Source: a virus (lineage: Duplodnaviria; Caudoviricetes). Taken from it: a stretch of DNA of 64,000 nt. Below, piece after piece: positions 37,116 through 47,752 of the stretch; within the stretch, counting starts at the first letter, position 1; each line of letters opens with the position of its first letter. The position numbers were made by a program, and so were the translations under genes. The stretch lies in the IMG/VR virus record IMGVR_UViG_3300021400_001148, positions 192,001 through 256,000 of that record. One strand, written 5' to 3'. A model generated the notes under the pieces. That model worked only from the letters and a program-made list of their open reading frames with translations, was not told the origin of the DNA and did not search any database.

Positions 37116-39065
37116 ATGGCTAAAAATTCAATCCTTGAATCTGGCAAGTTTGGCAATGTTGCCTACAATACCCAGAAACTCATTAGGGAGCAGGTACAGG
37201 AGAAGTGGGACAAACTTGGTTTCACCAAGGGTCTTGATGGCTATCTCAAAGAAAATATGGCTATGCTCTTCGAGAATGAGGCTAAACACCTTATGACCGA
37301 GGCTACTGCTTCTGATAACAGCGGTTCTTTCGAGACTGTTGTGTTCCCTATCATCCGTCGTGTCTTCGCAAAACTTCTTGCAAACGACATCGTGTCCGTT
37401 CAGGCTATGAACCTCCCTATCGGCAAGCTCTTCTTCCTCAAACCTGTTACATCCGAAAGGACTTGGTCTATGGAAGATGGTACCGCTGTCGGTGATGAGA
37501 TTCAGGGTGGCGAAGTTGGTAGGCACTATGGCCTTATGGGCTACGAGCGTACCGAGCGTAACGGTTCTGTTGCACAGAGCAACCGCTACTACCTTCCTGA
37601 CGAGGTCGTAAACGAAATTGCTTTCGCAGTTTATGACGCTAAGGGTGCTGTTGTTGAGGAAGGTCTTACCTTCGACGAGGCTAAGGCTCTCAAAGATGCT
37701 AACCCTCTTTACCAAATCAAACAGGTTTCCCCTCAGGTTACCCAGTACATGCAGAAGACTCTCTATGACCTCTTCTACAATGACTTCCTTTATGACAACT
37801 CCAAGGGTAAAATCCACATCAAAGTTGGTACCGCTACCCCTGTTAAGTTTGACTACAAAGGTAATCTCGTAGACCTTGCAAGTGGTGAGACTTTCATTAC
37901 CAATTCTATTGACGACACTGTTCGTAGCGTCATCCTTAAAGTTGGTGGTTTCTCTTCTGTGAACCCTGGTAAACTTACCGGTCCTGATGGAAACGAAATG
38001 GATACTGAGGAATTCCTCGCATCCCTTAAGGTTATCGCTGCTGAGGACATCGCTCCTAGTTCTGCTGATACCGCTTCCTTCAAAGCAGGTGAAGGCATCC
38101 TCTTCCGCGTTGTAACACAGCGTTACGGTAAGGGTATGGTTGAGTATGCTGATGCATGCGATGCCGAAGGCCACATCTACATTGAGGTTGACCTTGCAAA
38201 ACCTGTTCGCAAACAGGGACAGACTGTTGACGGTTGGATTGGTGTTGACCCTGACGCAGTTAGTGTTGACTCCTTCAAGATTGCTTGGGCACAGTACGAC
38301 AGCCTTGAACTCGAAACCGAAATGGGTGAGGTTTCCTTCCAGCTCGACAGTGTAACTGTTAGCGTTGTTGAGAGAAAACTCCGTGCAACTTGGTCTCCTG
38401 AACTCGCACAGGATGTGTCTGCATTCCACAACATCGATGCTGAGGCTGAGCTTACCGCTATCCTCTCCGAGCAGATTGGTGCTGAAATCGACCGTGAAAT
38501 CCTCCGTGACCTTCGTAAACTTGCTCCTTGGCAGATTTCTTGGGACTACAACGGATGGCGTCGTCAGGCTGGTTTCTCAACCAACTACACTCAGAAAGAC
38601 TGGAACCAGACTCTTATCACCAGAGTTAACCAGATTTCTGCACAAATCCAGAAAGCTACTCTCCGTGGTGGTGTAAACTTCATCGTTGTTTCTGCTGAAC
38701 TTTCCGCAGTTCTTAACGACCTTGAATACTTCCATGTATCTGACGCTTCTGCTGAGCAGGATTCTTACAACATGGGTATTGAGCGTGTTGGTTCACTCTC
38801 CGGCCGTTATCAGGTCTATGTAGACCCTTATGCACCTCACTGGTCAATGATTCTTGGCCACAAGGGTAAGAGCCTTCTTGACACTGGTTACATCTATGCA
38901 CCTTATGTGCCGATGCAGTTGACTCCTACAATGTACAATCCATTCAACTTTGCTCCTGTCAAGGGCATTATGACAAGATATGCGAAGAAGATGGTTAACA
39001 ACAGGTTCTACGGTGCTGTTAAGGCTTCTGGTCTCCAGACCTTTGATATCCGCGAACTCCGTTAA
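37116..39065 (+). CDS. Major capsid protein (T4 gp23-like)
   Basis: FPIIRRVF…VSVQAM; RKLRATWSPELAQD…DAEAEL…EIDREI; YAPYVP…MTRY. Confidence 0.95.
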   Translation: MAKNSILESGKFGNVAYNTQKLIREQVQEKWDKLGFTKGLDGYLKENMAMLFENEAKHLMTEATASDNSGSFETVVFPIIRRVFAKLLANDIVSVQAMNLPIGKLFFLKPVTSERTWSMEDGTAVGDEIQGGEVGRHYGLMGYERTERNGSVAQSNRYYLPDEVVNEIAFAVYDAKGAVVEEGLTFDEAKALKDANPLYQIKQVSPQVTQYMQKTLYDLFYNDFLYDNSKGKIHIKVGTATPVKFDYKGNLVDLASGETFITNSIDDTVRSVILKVGGFSSVNPGKLTGPDGNEMDTEEFLASLKVIAAEDIAPSSADTASFKAGEGILFRVVTQRYGKGMVEYADACDAEGHIYIEVDLAKPVRKQGQTVDGWIGVDPDAVSVDSFKIAWAQYDSLELETEMGEVSFQLDSVTVSVVERKLRATWSPELAQDVSAFHNIDAEAELTAILSEQIGAEIDREILRDLRKLAPWQISWDYNGWRRQAGFSTNYTQKDWNQTLITRVNQISAQIQKATLRGGVNFIVVSAELSAVLNDLEYFHVSDASAEQDSYNMGIERVGSLSGRYQVYVDPYAPHWSMILGHKGKSLLDTGYIYAPYVPMQLTPTMYNPFNFAPVKGIMTRYAKKMVNNRFYGAVKASGLQTFDIRELR

Positions 39066-39090
39066 TCTATTGAAAAATAGATATTTATCA

Positions 39091-39123
39091 AAACCCAGAG
39101 TGCACAAACCTCTGGGTTTTTTT
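39091..39123 (+). terminator. Terminator after the major capsid gene
   Basis: AAACCCAGAG…CTCTGGGTTT plus T-tract. Confidence 0.75.
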
Positions 39124-39206
39124 GTGCTTTTTAATAAACCATTTATTTTTGCACCATTAAAAGGGTATATAACGATATTTATTTGTATATTTGCAAAAAG
39201 AGAATT

Positions 39207-40901
39207 ATGCTGAAAACAGAAGAATTGATTGCGGACTATCTTTCAGGAAATGGTGTTGAATTTTTATGCCGGAAATATCATTTGGGAAAATTGAAGGTTA
39301 AAGATATTTTAAAAAAGAGCGATGTTCCCATGAAAACTAGAGGAGGACAAAGTAAAAAAGAGACATTTATTGTCCCTCATTGGTCTATTTTGAAATATAA
39401 AGAGGTGCCAGGAAAACATTATGTGGCATCTTCAAAAGATGGAAATTTAACTACTCATGACTATTTGAACAAATCCGGCATTCTTACATCATACATAAAA
39501 AAGACATACGGAAAAGAGTCAACGCTTTATGAGCGGCGAAAGTATTACATGAAAACCGGGAACTACTGGTGGGAACAATGGTTTAATATAATTCTTGCTG
39601 ATAATACTGTAACAAAAAAATGTCCATACTGTGATTGGGAGACAGTTGATTTGGAAAATAAAAGTGGGGCCTTTGCTATTCACCTTTTAAAGACACATGG
39701 GTTAAGTGTGAATGAATATCTCGAAAAAAATCCAGAGGATAAACAATACTTTTCTAATGAAGTAAAAAAAAATGAAAAAGAAAAACTCCTCGAAGATAAT
39801 CGAAATTTTGTCTTTTGCCCTATTTGCGGGGAAAAAATGGAAAAAATAACCCCCCAGCACATTTTTTACAAGCATCATTTGAATTTTATTGATTTTCGTA
39901 ATAAGTATCCAAATGCCAAAGTACTTTCCGATAATATGTATGATGAGACAATAAGGTCTGCCAAGGTCGGAAATCTCACTGTTTCGAAAAAAAGATTCAT
40001 ATCAAAATATGAACGAGAAATACAAGACTTTTTAAAGACAAATGGCGTAAAATTCATGGCTAACAGGCAAATTTTAGATGGGAGAGAGATTGATTTACTT
40101 ATTGAGGAAAAAAAAGTTGGAATTGAATTTGATGGGTTAAGGTTTCATACCGAATGGTTTGGGAAAAAAAATCACGGTTACCATTTAGAGAAAACAAAAA
40201 AATGTAATGAACACGGCTATGGGCTTATTCATATTTTTGAAGATGAATATGTAAATCATCGAGAAATTGTCTATAGTAAAATCTCGCACGCTTTAGGCCT
40301 TGACTTTAATAAACTAAAAATCGGGGCAAGGAAGTGCACAGTGAGGGAGATACAAAAGTCTCTTGCAGAAAAATTTCTAGAAAAGTTTCACATACAGGGA
40401 TTTTCAAGCTCATCACTTTATCTTGGTGCATTTTACAAAGACGAACTTGTTGGGGTCATGACTTTTAAACATGGGAATTTAAAAAATTATTGTTGGGAGT
40501 TGACAAGGTTTGCAACTAACAACAAATATATCTACCAAGGTCTTGGTAGTAAAATGTTTTCTTTCTTTGTTAAAAAAGAGTCGCCTGATATGGTAGTTTC
40601 ATTCGCTGACCGTAGGTGGACTATTAACCCTAATGAAAATCTATATACTAAAATGGGATTCACACTCGATTCAATAAACCCGCCGGATTACAAATACTAT
40701 AATGATAGGGTGGATAGATTTAAAAGGGTTCACAAAATGTTTTTCAGTAAAACTAAACTATGTAAAAAATATGGGTTTCCACCCTCTATGACAGAAACAG
40801 AAATGGCAAAAGCCCTTGGATATGACAGAATATGGGATTGTGGGTTGTTCAAATATGTTTGGAAATCCCCTGATATCACACAAGAAAACCACCCGGCGTA
40901 G
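39207..40901 (+). CDS. Hef-like homing endonuclease (C2H2 fingers, Vsr-like domain, GNAT/Mom-like C-terminus)
   Basis: CPYC…H…H, CPIC…H; EIDL…IEFDGLRFHTE; FHIQG, ELTRFA, SFADRRW, IWDCG; TATATTTG at 39186-39193. Confidence 0.8.
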   Translation: MLKTEELIADYLSGNGVEFLCRKYHLGKLKVKDILKKSDVPMKTRGGQSKKETFIVPHWSILKYKEVPGKHYVASSKDGNLTTHDYLNKSGILTSYIKKTYGKESTLYERRKYYMKTGNYWWEQWFNIILADNTVTKKCPYCDWETVDLENKSGAFAIHLLKTHGLSVNEYLEKNPEDKQYFSNEVKKNEKEKLLEDNRNFVFCPICGEKMEKITPQHIFYKHHLNFIDFRNKYPNAKVLSDNMYDETIRSAKVGNLTVSKKRFISKYEREIQDFLKTNGVKFMANRQILDGREIDLLIEEKKVGIEFDGLRFHTEWFGKKNHGYHLEKTKKCNEHGYGLIHIFEDEYVNHREIVYSKISHALGLDFNKLKIGARKCTVREIQKSLAEKFLEKFHIQGFSSSSLYLGAFYKDELVGVMTFKHGNLKNYCWELTRFATNNKYIYQGLGSKMFSFFVKKESPDMVVSFADRRWTINPNENLYTKMGFTLDSINPPDYKYYNDRVDRFKRVHKMFFSKTKLCKKYGFPPSMTETEMAKALGYDRIWDCGLFKYVWKSPDITQENHPA

Positions 40902-40910
40902 GGTGGTTTT

Positions 40911-42800
40911 TTATTTTTTGAATAGCCATGAATATGGGTTTACATTTCTCATTTTTTGTTCCCCGCCGCCATTTGTGACAAACGGCATTGCATATTTTTT
41001 AGTGATAGGTTTTTCTTCCTGTTCAGCCTGTTTTTGCTTTTCCCTTAATGTTAATGCATTTGCCGCGATAAATGCTTTCATGTTAGCAGTATCATTCTTT
41101 TTAGCCCTTTCAATACTATTAAAGGAAAATTCCATAATGAAAAGTCCCATAGCAAGGCAAGTAAGGGTATCGTCGTGGAAACCATCCATATGGTCCATTC
41201 TAGCTGCAGTTCCCTTATAAATCCAAGTATCGAGTTCATTGGTAACCCTGAGTGAACGAATTTTGAATCCGTTTGTCTTTACAAGGTTCGCAAAACTTGC
41301 CAACATCTGAAAACGGACAGATGAAGTATGGAAACCGGGAAGTCTCCCTTCTTTGTCAGTACCTAAAGTGCTGGCTTCCTGTTGAGCAAGGTATTTCGAG
41401 AGACGAGGGTCGTCATAGTAGAGGTTTTTATAGCCCAAATTCATCATTGTAAGGATGCAGGCATCACCCGTACCGCCAATACAATCAACCACAGTAAATG
41501 CATTACCGTAGAGCGTTGCGTACCTGTATGCCATTTCACCAATTTCGTCGCCGGTTCTCTTGCCATGGTATTCCATAACCTGTTCCACAATAGGCATACC
41601 ATTCTCATCAACACCGTCAATGTCTATCATTTCCATTGCAGTCCTATCATCAGCATCGCCTCTTGAACAGTCAATTGAAAGAATATATCTATGTCCTTCG
41701 ATTGGTGGCTTCCAGAACCATGTATCTTCGACAAGCGGGTCTTTGAAATCAGGGTCGGGTTCACGGACATTCTCACGCTCTTGCATCTCAATGAATTCCG
41801 GAGCCACAACATTGTTTGCGGAACCAAGGAAAGACACGTCCAACTCCTGTGCAATTTTCATCGAGTCGTTGTTGAATTGTTGGCACATTTTTATGTACCA
41901 AGGAGATGTTGGTGCCCAGCCGTCTTTTAACATTCTATTCCAATGCTCCGGGTCCCATTTCACATTACCGTCGGCATCAATAATAGACTCTGGTATAACA
42001 TCAAACTCACCCTTCTCATTTTTCCGCGTCCATTTAAGGTGCTTGTTGTAACGAGGGTCCTGATACCACTTCATTTCAACAAGTTCGAAGTTGTTCCAAT
42101 CCGTAGTACCTTTATGCTTAGCCCTTTTGCAAGTTTCATAGTAAAGTGAATCTTTACCATTGGGAGTAGAAATCATTACAATATGACCGCCGGTTGAAAC
42201 AGTAGGAACTGCAGATGTGTATACATCACGACCTTTTTCAATAAAAGCTGCCTCATCAAAAATAAGCCAAGTAACACCACCAACTCCTCGGGAAGCATTA
42301 GGACCAGATGAACGAGCCACAACCTTACTGCCGTTGAAAAGTATGAGCTCTTTGTCGTTACATTTTTTGAAAAGAACCTTCTGTGATGGTGGTTGCGTTA
42401 TGTCGTCACATTTTTCAAGAAGCTCATTATCGCCAAAACACCACGCAGGAAATTGAAGGAGGAAGTCTCTGATTTTGAAAAGCATCTGCTGGGCAAGGTC
42501 AAGGTTATTCCCAATACAGAGAACCGTTATCGGCTTATCTTTTTCTGCAAGAGCCATCTCACACGAAATAAATCCGCCACAGGTGGTTGTTATACCCATT
42601 TGACGGGCTTTTGTAGTTACAACATTGTTTGCATTGCCAAGTGTTCTGCAAAGGTCCTGTTGTCTTGGGAAGAGGTTGAAAGGTACATCTTTACCTTGTG
42701 TGGCATCATATGTTTTCAAATAGTGGGTTATCATGTAAATTCTACTTGTATCCACTACGCACCTCGCATATTCCTCTTGTATGTAAGCAAAATCTATCAT
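40911..42800 (-). CDS. terL: Terminase large subunit (gp17-like)
   Basis: KARQMGITT, IFDEAAF, ISTPNG, nuclease IDCSRG…HDD. Confidence 0.93.
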   Translation of the reverse strand: MIDFAYIQEEYARCVVDTSRIYMITHYLKTYDATQGKDVPFNLFPRQQDLCRTLGNANNVVTTKARQMGITTTCGGFISCEMALAEKDKPITVLCIGNNLDLAQQMLFKIRDFLLQFPAWCFGDNELLEKCDDITQPPSQKVLFKKCNDKELILFNGSKVVARSSGPNASRGVGGVTWLIFDEAAFIEKGRDVYTSAVPTVSTGGHIVMISTPNGKDSLYYETCKRAKHKGTTDWNNFELVEMKWYQDPRYNKHLKWTRKNEKGEFDVIPESIIDADGNVKWDPEHWNRMLKDGWAPTSPWYIKMCQQFNNDSMKIAQELDVSFLGSANNVVAPEFIEMQERENVREPDPDFKDPLVEDTWFWKPPIEGHRYILSIDCSRGDADDRTAMEMIDIDGVDENGMPIVEQVMEYHGKRTGDEIGEMAYRYATLYGNAFTVVDCIGGTGDACILTMMNLGYKNLYYDDPRLSKYLAQQEASTLGTDKEGRLPGFHTSSVRFQMLASFANLVKTNGFKIRSLRVTNELDTWIYKGTAARMDHMDGFHDDTLTCLAMGLFIMEFSFNSIERAKKNDTANMKAFIAANALTLREKQKQAEQEEKPITKKYAMPFVTNGGGEQKMRNVNPYSWLFKK

Positions 42801-42927
42801 ACCTAAAACATTAAAATTAAATAAATAGTAGCTTTTTATTAAATAAATATTTATCCCACAATAGAAAGGCTTCTCTAATGATATAAAAAGCCTTTAAATA
42901 TGATATTTATATGAAAAAAGAGTGCTT

Positions 42928-44058
42928 ATGGCAACTAGATTAACTCCAGAAATACAGAAGATATTCAGACAATTCAAAAGTAGTGTCGGTGCACCCATTC
43001 GTTCAATTCAAATGACCGATGAACAACTCTGTGACTTGTTTGATATGGCCAAGGAAGACTATGCTTCATATGTCCAATCGTGGCTTATAAAAAACCAGTG
43101 GGCCGCACTCTACGGTAAGGGAGCCAGTAATACTGATATGGCCTATGCGCTTTCGGTGAGAAGCCTCGACATGGCTAAACAATACTCCTATTGGTTTTCA
43201 AAGGAAGTGGGACTTCAGCAATCAGGCCCGTGGGAACTCAAAAAAGATTATATACAAATTGAAAAGGGTAAACAGGATTATTTGATTCCGGCTGGAAGAC
43301 AGGTAAATAGAGTTATGTATGTCAACCCTCCAACATCACAGGCAGCGCTTTTTGCTAACTATGCCGGTCTCGATATTGGGTTTGGCGGGGGATATGCACA
43401 ACTTGGTGGCGGAGCATATGGCCCCATTGGTGGCTTTTTTACTGCACCTGCTGCCGATGTTGCTTATCTTGCTACAGACCTGCAGTATAAAAACAGGCTC
43501 CTTAAAGGTGATTTGGTATATAGTATGACTGCCGGCCCTGAGGGAACACATATTTTACACCTAATGTCAACTCCCGGGTCCAAACTCTCATTTAATTATA
43601 TGGGTGGATATGGTGGTTTGATTGGTCTTGTTGGCTGTCAGGTATGGTATACATATTATGAAACATCATCTGCTGAGGAGGCGGAGGAATGTATGAGAGA
43701 AAATTCTGATGTTATTATAACGCCAGACCAAGTTCCATTGGCTGAAATGGATTTTGAACTTCTTAATGCACCCACCAAAACTATAATCCGTCAGTTGTTT
43801 GTTGCCAAAGCAAAAGAAACTCTTGGTATAACCAGGGGTACTTACAGTGGTAAAGTTATGATACCCCAAGCAGAACTCACTATGGATTACCAAATGCTTT
43901 TGACACAAGGCAAGGAAGAATATAAGGAGACAATGGAGACGCTCAAAAAACGCCTCGAGGAAATGAACCCTGAAAACTATCTCAAGAAGCAGGCTGAAAT
44001 CACTAATGCTAATAGAGACATTCTTTCCGGCGTACCCCTCGGAATTATGGTTATCTAA
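42928..44058 (+). CDS. Neck/head-completion protein (gp13-like)
   Basis: GAP…QL…; A..KE.LG..RG.YSG…L motif; adjacent to portal. Confidence 0.7.
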   Translation: MATRLTPEIQKIFRQFKSSVGAPIRSIQMTDEQLCDLFDMAKEDYASYVQSWLIKNQWAALYGKGASNTDMAYALSVRSLDMAKQYSYWFSKEVGLQQSGPWELKKDYIQIEKGKQDYLIPAGRQVNRVMYVNPPTSQAALFANYAGLDIGFGGGYAQLGGGAYGPIGGFFTAPAADVAYLATDLQYKNRLLKGDLVYSMTAGPEGTHILHLMSTPGSKLSFNYMGGYGGLIGLVGCQVWYTYYETSSAEEAEECMRENSDVIITPDQVPLAEMDFELLNAPTKTIIRQLFVAKAKETLGITRGTYSGKVMIPQAELTMDYQMLLTQGKEEYKETMETLKKRLEEMNPENYLKKQAEITNANRDILSGVPLGIMVI

Positions 44059-44100
44059 TTACTTTTCACCGTTTAACGTTATATTAAAAGAAAAAAAATA

Positions 44101-46140
44101 ATGCCTACTATATTTCAAAACTTAAGCAGAGTACTCAATGGAGATAGAAATGTCCCCAAATCACAACCAGTTTCAAGAACCACCAATGTTTATAATCTCG
44201 GTTCCATGTCTCAAGGGAGTGATGTGATATTCAGTACCACAAACAAAGAAGAGTTTGAGGCAAAGAGGCTTGAAGCCCGCCAGCAGAAACTTATGTCAAT
44301 GCAGTTTTACAAGGCCGGGCTTGACAATGCTGCAAGGTCTGTAGAGGAATTCACCAATGTACAAATGATGTACCGTGATGCACAAATTATGGACACCATT
44401 ACACCAGAAATTGGTGCGGCGTTGGATATCTATTCTGAAGAGGCCTGTATGATTGGCAGCACTGGTAAAATGCTTATTATATCATCCAAGTCCGAGCGTA
44501 TTAAGGCTATTTTGGAAGACCTTTTTTACAACCGTCTCAACCTCCATATAATGTTACCAATGATTTGCCGTGGAATGTGCAAATGTGGTAACGATTTTAT
44601 GCTCCTCAATATTGATAAGGAAATGGGTGTTATTGGATGGATGGAATTACCTATTTTCGAAATAATCAGAACCGAAAATGGCATGACCAACCCTTATCAG
44701 GCTATTGGAAGTATTAACCAAAATGGTGAAATAAAAACAATGAGCCCACAGTTTCTCTGGCAGGCAAAAAATGGTAATCTTTCTTTCCACAATCTGCAGG
44801 TGGCTCACTTCAGAATTATAACCGATTCTACTTTCCTTCCTTATGGCGTGAGCCTTCTCCATAAAGCTAGAAGGTCTTGGAGAATGCTTTCCATGATGGA
44901 AGACATGATGCTGATTTACCGTCTCGAAAGGAGTATCGAACGCCGCGTGTTCAAGATTTTCACCGGCGACATTGATGAGGCTGATATTCCAACTTATGTA
45001 CAGCAGGTTGCAAATCAGTTCAAAAGGACTGAAATTATTGACCCTGAGACTGGGCAGATAGACCTCAGGAAAAATTTCCTTAGTGTTGATACTGATTATT
45101 TCATCCCGTTCCGTCAGGAAGACCGCGCAAGCAAAATAGAAACGCTTAATGCCGCAACAAACCAGACTTCAATGGACGACATTGAATATATGCGCGGCAA
45201 GATGCTTGCAGCACTCCGTGTGCCAAAGGCATTCCTCAATTTCCAAGACACACAGGGCAAGGGTCAGAATCTTTCCTTTATGGATGTCAGGTTTTCAAGG
45301 ATGATAAACAGGGTGCAGCAGGCGCTTCTTATGGAACTTACCAAGGTTGCAATCACCCATCTCTATCTTCTTGGCTTCAAGGATGATATTACTAATTTCA
45401 CCCTTACAATGCATAACCCCTCTTCTCAGGTTCAAATGCAGGAACTTGATATGCTTGGGAAGAAAGTACAGACGATGCAACAGGTTTTGGCTGACCCCGG
45501 GAACGGTATTCAGATTTATTCATACCACCGCGCCCTTAAGGAAATTATGCAACTCTCCGACACTGAAATTGCGGAAAATCTCAATGAGATTCGTCTTGAA
45601 AGGGCTCTTGCGGCAGAACTGGAGAACACGACACAAATTATTAAGAAAACCGGCATTTTTGACCCGACAGACAGAATATATGGTGACCCTAATGCAAAAT
45701 ATGACTTCTCCCAGAATCAGGAAGGCGGAGAAGGTGGAATGGGTGGCGGCCCGATAGGTGGTGATGTGGACTTCGGTGGCGAAGATGTTGACGAACTCGG
45801 TGCTCCGGGCGAGGAAAGTAACGATGTGAACGGCTCCGAGGAAAGTGTTGACATGAGTAACGCCTCTAATGTAGATTCCGGAACACCTCTCCAAGAAAAC
45901 AGACAAAGGATATCAAGGTCACATTTTGATGAATATATAAAGAACCTCGTTCCTTCTGCCAGTGCAGGGACAAGTCTCGGAAGAGTTAAACTCGTTGAGA
46001 AATCTTTTCTCATAAATGAAGAACTCAATTCAATGTCAAAGCAACTCGACAAACTTCTCGAAGGTGTTTCTCTTGAAGATATTCACGATGATGAGGAGGG
46101 TGAAAAGACAGAAGTTGAGAAGGCACTTTTAGATGAATAA
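44101..46140 (+). CDS. Portal protein (gp20-like)
   Basis: PEI..ALDIY.EE; MEDMMLIYRL.R..ERRVF; DYFIP.R; DIEY…ALRVP. Confidence 0.92.
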   Translation: MPTIFQNLSRVLNGDRNVPKSQPVSRTTNVYNLGSMSQGSDVIFSTTNKEEFEAKRLEARQQKLMSMQFYKAGLDNAARSVEEFTNVQMMYRDAQIMDTITPEIGAALDIYSEEACMIGSTGKMLIISSKSERIKAILEDLFYNRLNLHIMLPMICRGMCKCGNDFMLLNIDKEMGVIGWMELPIFEIIRTENGMTNPYQAIGSINQNGEIKTMSPQFLWQAKNGNLSFHNLQVAHFRIITDSTFLPYGVSLLHKARRSWRMLSMMEDMMLIYRLERSIERRVFKIFTGDIDEADIPTYVQQVANQFKRTEIIDPETGQIDLRKNFLSVDTDYFIPFRQEDRASKIETLNAATNQTSMDDIEYMRGKMLAALRVPKAFLNFQDTQGKGQNLSFMDVRFSRMINRVQQALLMELTKVAITHLYLLGFKDDITNFTLTMHNPSSQVQMQELDMLGKKVQTMQQVLADPGNGIQIYSYHRALKEIMQLSDTEIAENLNEIRLERALAAELENTTQIIKKTGIFDPTDRIYGDPNAKYDFSQNQEGGEGGMGGGPIGGDVDFGGEDVDELGAPGEESNDVNGSEESVDMSNASNVDSGTPLQENRQRISRSHFDEYIKNLVPSASAGTSLGRVKLVEKSFLINEELNSMSKQLDKLLEGVSLEDIHDDEEGEKTEVEKALLDE

Positions 46141-46157
46141 AGTATTTATAGTAAAAT

Positions 46158-46970
46158 ATGTTTAAAATGAATCTTAGTGATAGAATTAGTAAAATCAACA
46201 AAGAATATAGTATAAAGGAAAAAGAGACTGTGGCAAAACTCAATGAGGAACGCAACTTCCTCATTGCCGAAGCAACAGTCAACGAAATTGTTGAGCGTGC
46301 AAACACGCTTCCGATAGGTGACCTTTTTACTATTTTCGAAAATATCTCAGAAGATGTGCTTCTCACTAACAAAGGAAAAAGTCTTATCAACAAGTATATT
46401 TCGACAATCAAAGAAAATGCAGCATTGAAAAACGAGTATTTTCTCATCAACAATGTAGCAAAAAGCGGTGCCAAGGACGCGAAGGGCCTTGTAACTGAGT
46501 CTTTGGAACTAGTGGCCCCATTCGCCACCAGAAAGCATCTTTTGGAAGGAAAATCTCTTATAGCATCCTGTGTTACTGAGGCTCTTCAACTGGTAAACCC
46601 CCTTACGGCCTACAAGAAAATTGCAATCGACGAGAATACTCATAAACTACACGAAAATATCGAGTATCTTTCAACTGTAAGTAAAAGTGTAAAAACAGTT
46701 GCCGAGTACCGTCGTAGGCTTGATGAAATGATTGAATGTATGAAAATTTCAGAAGCGGGTGAAGTTGTGGCTGAAAATAAAAAGGCTGTTTTCGACCGGA
46801 AAAAGAACGATTGCCTTACCGCTATTGATGAGGCGTGGGAAAATGCAAACGGCACACTCCGTATGACACTTACCGAAATCAAGGACCGTTTAGAAAAAAA
46901 GGAGTTTTCAGAAGTAACTGCCGACGAGGATATTAAATACATCAATGAACTTACTAAAACTCTCGCATAA
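46158..46970 (+). CDS. Hypothetical head-module protein
   Basis: Late motif at 46143; helical 270 aa ORF. Confidence 0.7.
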   Translation: MFKMNLSDRISKINKEYSIKEKETVAKLNEERNFLIAEATVNEIVERANTLPIGDLFTIFENISEDVLLTNKGKSLINKYISTIKENAALKNEYFLINNVAKSGAKDAKGLVTESLELVAPFATRKHLLEGKSLIASCVTEALQLVNPLTAYKKIAIDENTHKLHENIEYLSTVSKSVKTVAEYRRRLDEMIECMKISEAGEVVAENKKAVFDRKKNDCLTAIDEAWENANGTLRMTLTEIKDRLEKKEFSEVTADEDIKYINELTKTLA

Positions 46971-47597
46971 ATGAAAGTTATTCTCACTGAAAGCCAGTTT
47001 AAAACAATGCTGAACGAAGATATTATAATGGAGTCTTTGTTCCGCCGGGGCATGTCTTTCAATGAGATAGTAAATGCAGTAAAAATTGTTGCAAGAAAAG
47101 GCTTGCTTACCGCCAGTCTTATTGCTAATATAGTTTTTACTTTCAAACTCAGCCAATCACAAGCAGAGGTCATTGAAAACATTGCTAAAATAGAGCAGAC
47201 CCAGCCTCAGACAAACAAATGGGTACTCCTTGCAGACGATGTTCTCGCAACCGTTTACAATGCAGTGCCGGCACAATGCAACAAAGATGTGCAACACACG
47301 GCATCTATGTTCAAGTTAAATCTGAACGATGTTCTATCTCATAGGATTATTGCAATGGAGCGTACTATGATGAAAGAATATGGACTGAAATACGGTGATG
47401 TTGTCCGCATAGAAGGTACTGGCAAGTGGGATGGCGAATGGCAGATACAAGATACAATGAATAAACGGTTTGCTGGGCAACACAAGATTGATATCTTGGT
47501 TCCGAACAATATTCGAACAGGAAAGTGGGATAATGTCAAAATCTATGTTCCTGCGAATGAAGAAACAAAACTCGCAGCAAAAGAGCAAATGAGCTAA
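46971..47597 (+). CDS. 3D-domain (MltA/RlpA-like) cell-wall enzyme with leader motif
   Basis: ATVY…TAS…IIA…YGD.V.IEG…DTMNKRF…IDIL; MKVILTESQFKTMLNE. Confidence 0.75.
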   Translation: MKVILTESQFKTMLNEDIIMESLFRRGMSFNEIVNAVKIVARKGLLTASLIANIVFTFKLSQSQAEVIENIAKIEQTQPQTNKWVLLADDVLATVYNAVPAQCNKDVQHTASMFKLNLNDVLSHRIIAMERTMMKEYGLKYGDVVRIEGTGKWDGEWQIQDTMNKRFAGQHKIDILVPNNIRTGKWDNVKIYVPANEETKLAAKEQMS

Positions 47598-47752
47598 AAA
47601 AAGGTGGTATTTTACCACCTTTTATTTTGGGAACGATATACTACTTTACACCAATAATCGTGTAAATATTTGAAGTCCAGCGCAAATAACGCTGGACTAT
47701 TTGTAAGATTCCGCTAGTTTTCAGGTATAGATGTGTAGAAAGTACCTGAACT

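Noticed and set aside
37128-38429. 433-aa minus-strand ORF
   Set aside because: Antisense shadow of the codon-biased major capsid gene; the same applies to the shadows over clpC, polB, guaC and the transposases
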